From: Moniliella sp. 'wahieum'
Lineage: Eukaryota
Direction of reading: 5' to 3'
NCBI GenBank assembly: GCA_003971905.1
Contig: RSEE01000011.1
Location: 248,001-312,000 of the forward strand
DNA length: 64,000 nucleotides
This document shows positions 61,323 to 64,000 of the stretch, piece by piece. The notes under the pieces were generated by a model that worked only from the letters and a program-made list of their open reading frames with translations, had not been told where the DNA came from and made no database searches. How positions within the stretch are numbered: position 1 is the stretch's first letter; the number at the start of each line of letters is the position of its first letter. Both the position numbers and the translations under genes were made by a program.

Positions 61323-64000
61323 GGGTGTGAGGCAAGAAGTGGCTTTCTTCTCCGTACCCCCTCCTCATGATACCGTATTTTGAATGTCGGGGGTACCCCC
61401 CCTTCCCCTCTATGGTTTGTGGGTACCGTCGTTCACGTGGGACACGTCTTCCTGCATTGCATTTTTTGGTATGACGATACTTTTCTGATTCAATATAGAT
61501 ACTTACGTTGTAGCCCCTCTCCCCTCCCACAAAACGCATGCCCGACAAAAAGCGACTCGTACCCGTCAAAAAATAACTAGCTGACGGGAACATGAACGTC
61601 TTCGGAAAGGACGGGGGAGCTGTACTGTGACTACCCCCGTGGGGGGTCATATCATATAGATAGCGGGATGATCGATGAAAAGACGGATGACGCGGGTCGA
61701 AGGCAAGCTAGACCACACACTTCACAAGCTTCACATTCACACACCTCACATATTTAAGGGCAAACTCTTCAGCGACAAGCATTTTTGCTCCCGAACAGAC
61801 TGAGGCCGGGGGCTCAGTACTCCGTCTCCGTGACCCCCACAGGAGATCCTAACCCCCCACTAGAACCCCGCGGCCTTGGCCCTCTTTATCACTGTTGGTA
61901 AGGGGTAGACGGAACTTTGCCTTGATGTGAACGGTTATGCCGCGTATTCGTCGTATCCATGTCAGATGTGGCCAGTAACTGAAGCCGCATAGCTTCCTCT
62001 TCTCTCTTGAACCTTTTTACTGAGGCAGGTCCGTACGTGTTATGGAAGCGGTCCCTAATGCCTCTTCTCGGCATTGGTGTTTTTTGCCCTAGGACACACA
62101 CTACTTCAATAGTGCAAAACACGCATGTAGCGCGTTGGGACCTGACTTGTTGTATTAAGAGCCTCGTAGCATAACAAGTCCGGGCGCTGGGTGCAGCTGG
62201 CACCTGTGCTTTTTTCCACGACTGCACAGTGCGTTTGCCAACGTGCGTGTCCAATAAAGAGGAGAGAACAACTGGAGGATCGGTTCTTTTACTGCAGCAT
62301 ATCATCATCATGGGGGAAGCACCCTCCTCTCAGTGTGCATATATAAACGTACGACTTTTAACCAAAAGTAGAAACAATAATACTAGGTTGGGCTTGCCTA
62401 TACTATGCGCATCACACACCTTCTCACATACTCGCCCTTCATTACAAACTAGTTCCCCATCATGTTTTTGACACCCTCTTTTGGCTCTGTTGCGGAGACG
62501 AAAGAGAGTATGTAGTAAACATCTATAGAATCCATCTCTTATGCGGTATATACAGTGAGAGCCCCAAGTTGTGACCACACTGTACTGATGGAAGACGTAT
62601 AGGTGCATTCACATGACAATGCATCTTTTCCATCATGTGTCCTATATCTCTTCGTCCCGGAGGTGGACCTTGCCCCCCTTTTGGCAGAGTCTGTCACAGG
62701 CCTAGCTAGCGATGCTGGCGATGATGGATGGAGATGGCATTCGAGAGCTAAGGAGAGCTAGAGCTATGGGCCTTATTGATAGGCTCCTGGCCTGGAGGCC
62801 AATGGAAACCCGTGGAAGGTCCGGAACTCACTGCCCCGGTGCACTGTGTGCATCGGGCCACGTGTCACTGAAGGCCGATGGGCTCTAGACCACTGGTGGT
62901 CAACAGAGTCGGAGCTGCACTAAGGCAAAAGACCTTCGGCTTCACATCCTGTGGCGGGTCATCGGGGATATAAAACACAGACGTAACGGCGGTGAGGGAG
63001 AAGCGGTCCTTATACTTTTACGGTGTTTTTGTGCCCCAAATCGCAGCTGCATGTGATTCCCTTGGAAAAAGGAATCGGACTCACAGAAACAAGGGTAATC
63101 CTCTCGAAGACCGCGGCAGAACAAAAAAGGCGTCCATACGCAACTGTGGCCTCCCCACGCAACTGATCTCCACGCAGCTGCTCTCTCTGAGGGAATAACC
63201 TTCTGATCGCTCGCGGCTCGCTCGCCTAGCTGCTCCCCTAAAAAGTGATACCTGTGTTGCCGCGACAGAGACACTTCATTTTTGCGCATCCGTGTGAAGG
63301 AGAAAAAGACAAGTGTGCGAGACGGAGATTCAGCGTCTGGAGCGGCCCCACATACAGGAAAAAGTGAGAGGGACTCTCGTCGACATGGATACTGCTAAAT
63401 TCGCCGTGTCGAAAAGAGACTGTGATATGCTCCTCTCCACCTACGGACCTTCTCTCCCAATATGGCTATTACTGTATAGCAAGCGGCAACCAGGAACTAT
63501 CCTTCCGCCGCCGTGTCATTCTCATGATTGAGTATCGTTTTTATCTGCCTCCCCTATATCTCCATCATGACCGGTGACCGATGACCGTTGTCACCACGGC
63601 GGAGTTACATATATCAGGGTTGGGCACGTCAACACTGCCTCAACGGCTGAGCGCTGAGCCTCAGCGGGGAGAGTTTTTATATGGTTTCCACTCTCTATTC
63701 CCTCTGTGTATATGTTGATCCATGATCGGATACTTGGTACCCGGTACGACTGTGTGGGAGTCGACAACCCTCTGTACAGTAGTAACAATAACGTGAGACA
63801 CGTATAGCTCTCTCTCCGCTCGATGATGTTATTACGCGCGTGATATGATGAAGTGGTCGCGCATGCGTCAGATTCATCCGTAGTAATTAATAATTGAAGA
63901 CGTTGCTACCGTTGATCTCTATCAATTGTGATGCCAGTGATTAGTGATTTGGCAGTTATCCAAGAGTAGATAAGATTGTGTGCACATCATAGGTGCATGA

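Noticed and set aside
61889..62311. 140-aa minus-strand ORF
   Set aside because: No recognisable motif or gene-like context; not supportable as a gene.

Overview
Eukaryotic, GC-rich, gene-dense fungal DNA with short GT-AG introns and CTAAC/CTGAC branch sites. It is most likely a basidiomycete, possibly Ustilaginomycotina-like (inference). Nearly every conserved gene carries 1-nt frameshifts, so the assembly is probably an unpolished long-read consensus and many gene ends are approximate. The first ~4 kb looks subtelomeric/accessory: three degenerate 3' fragments of a CRE/Cnl1/MoTeR-type RLE non-LTR retrotransposon surround a tiny secreted prepropeptide gene. The rest is mostly housekeeping genes: Frm2/Hbn1 nitroreductase, Aur1/Ipt1-family enzyme, WOPR transcription factor, RPL33, Dsc4/DUF1746, SCM3, SSU72, RPL6, MRT4, DNM1, SCC2, an RTA1-family protein, KES1/OSH4, MED7, GPD1, tRNA-Phe, a LIP lipase, ILV6, BAP31 and a Pbp1-like gene lacking visible LSm domains. 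The most striking unexplained signal is in non-coding DNA, mostly on the 5' side of genes. It is a 7-bp-periodic pattern, (T-N-A + 4-bp palindrome)n, in which the palindromic core changes while the TNA register is kept. All family calls come from motif recognition; no database search was run.
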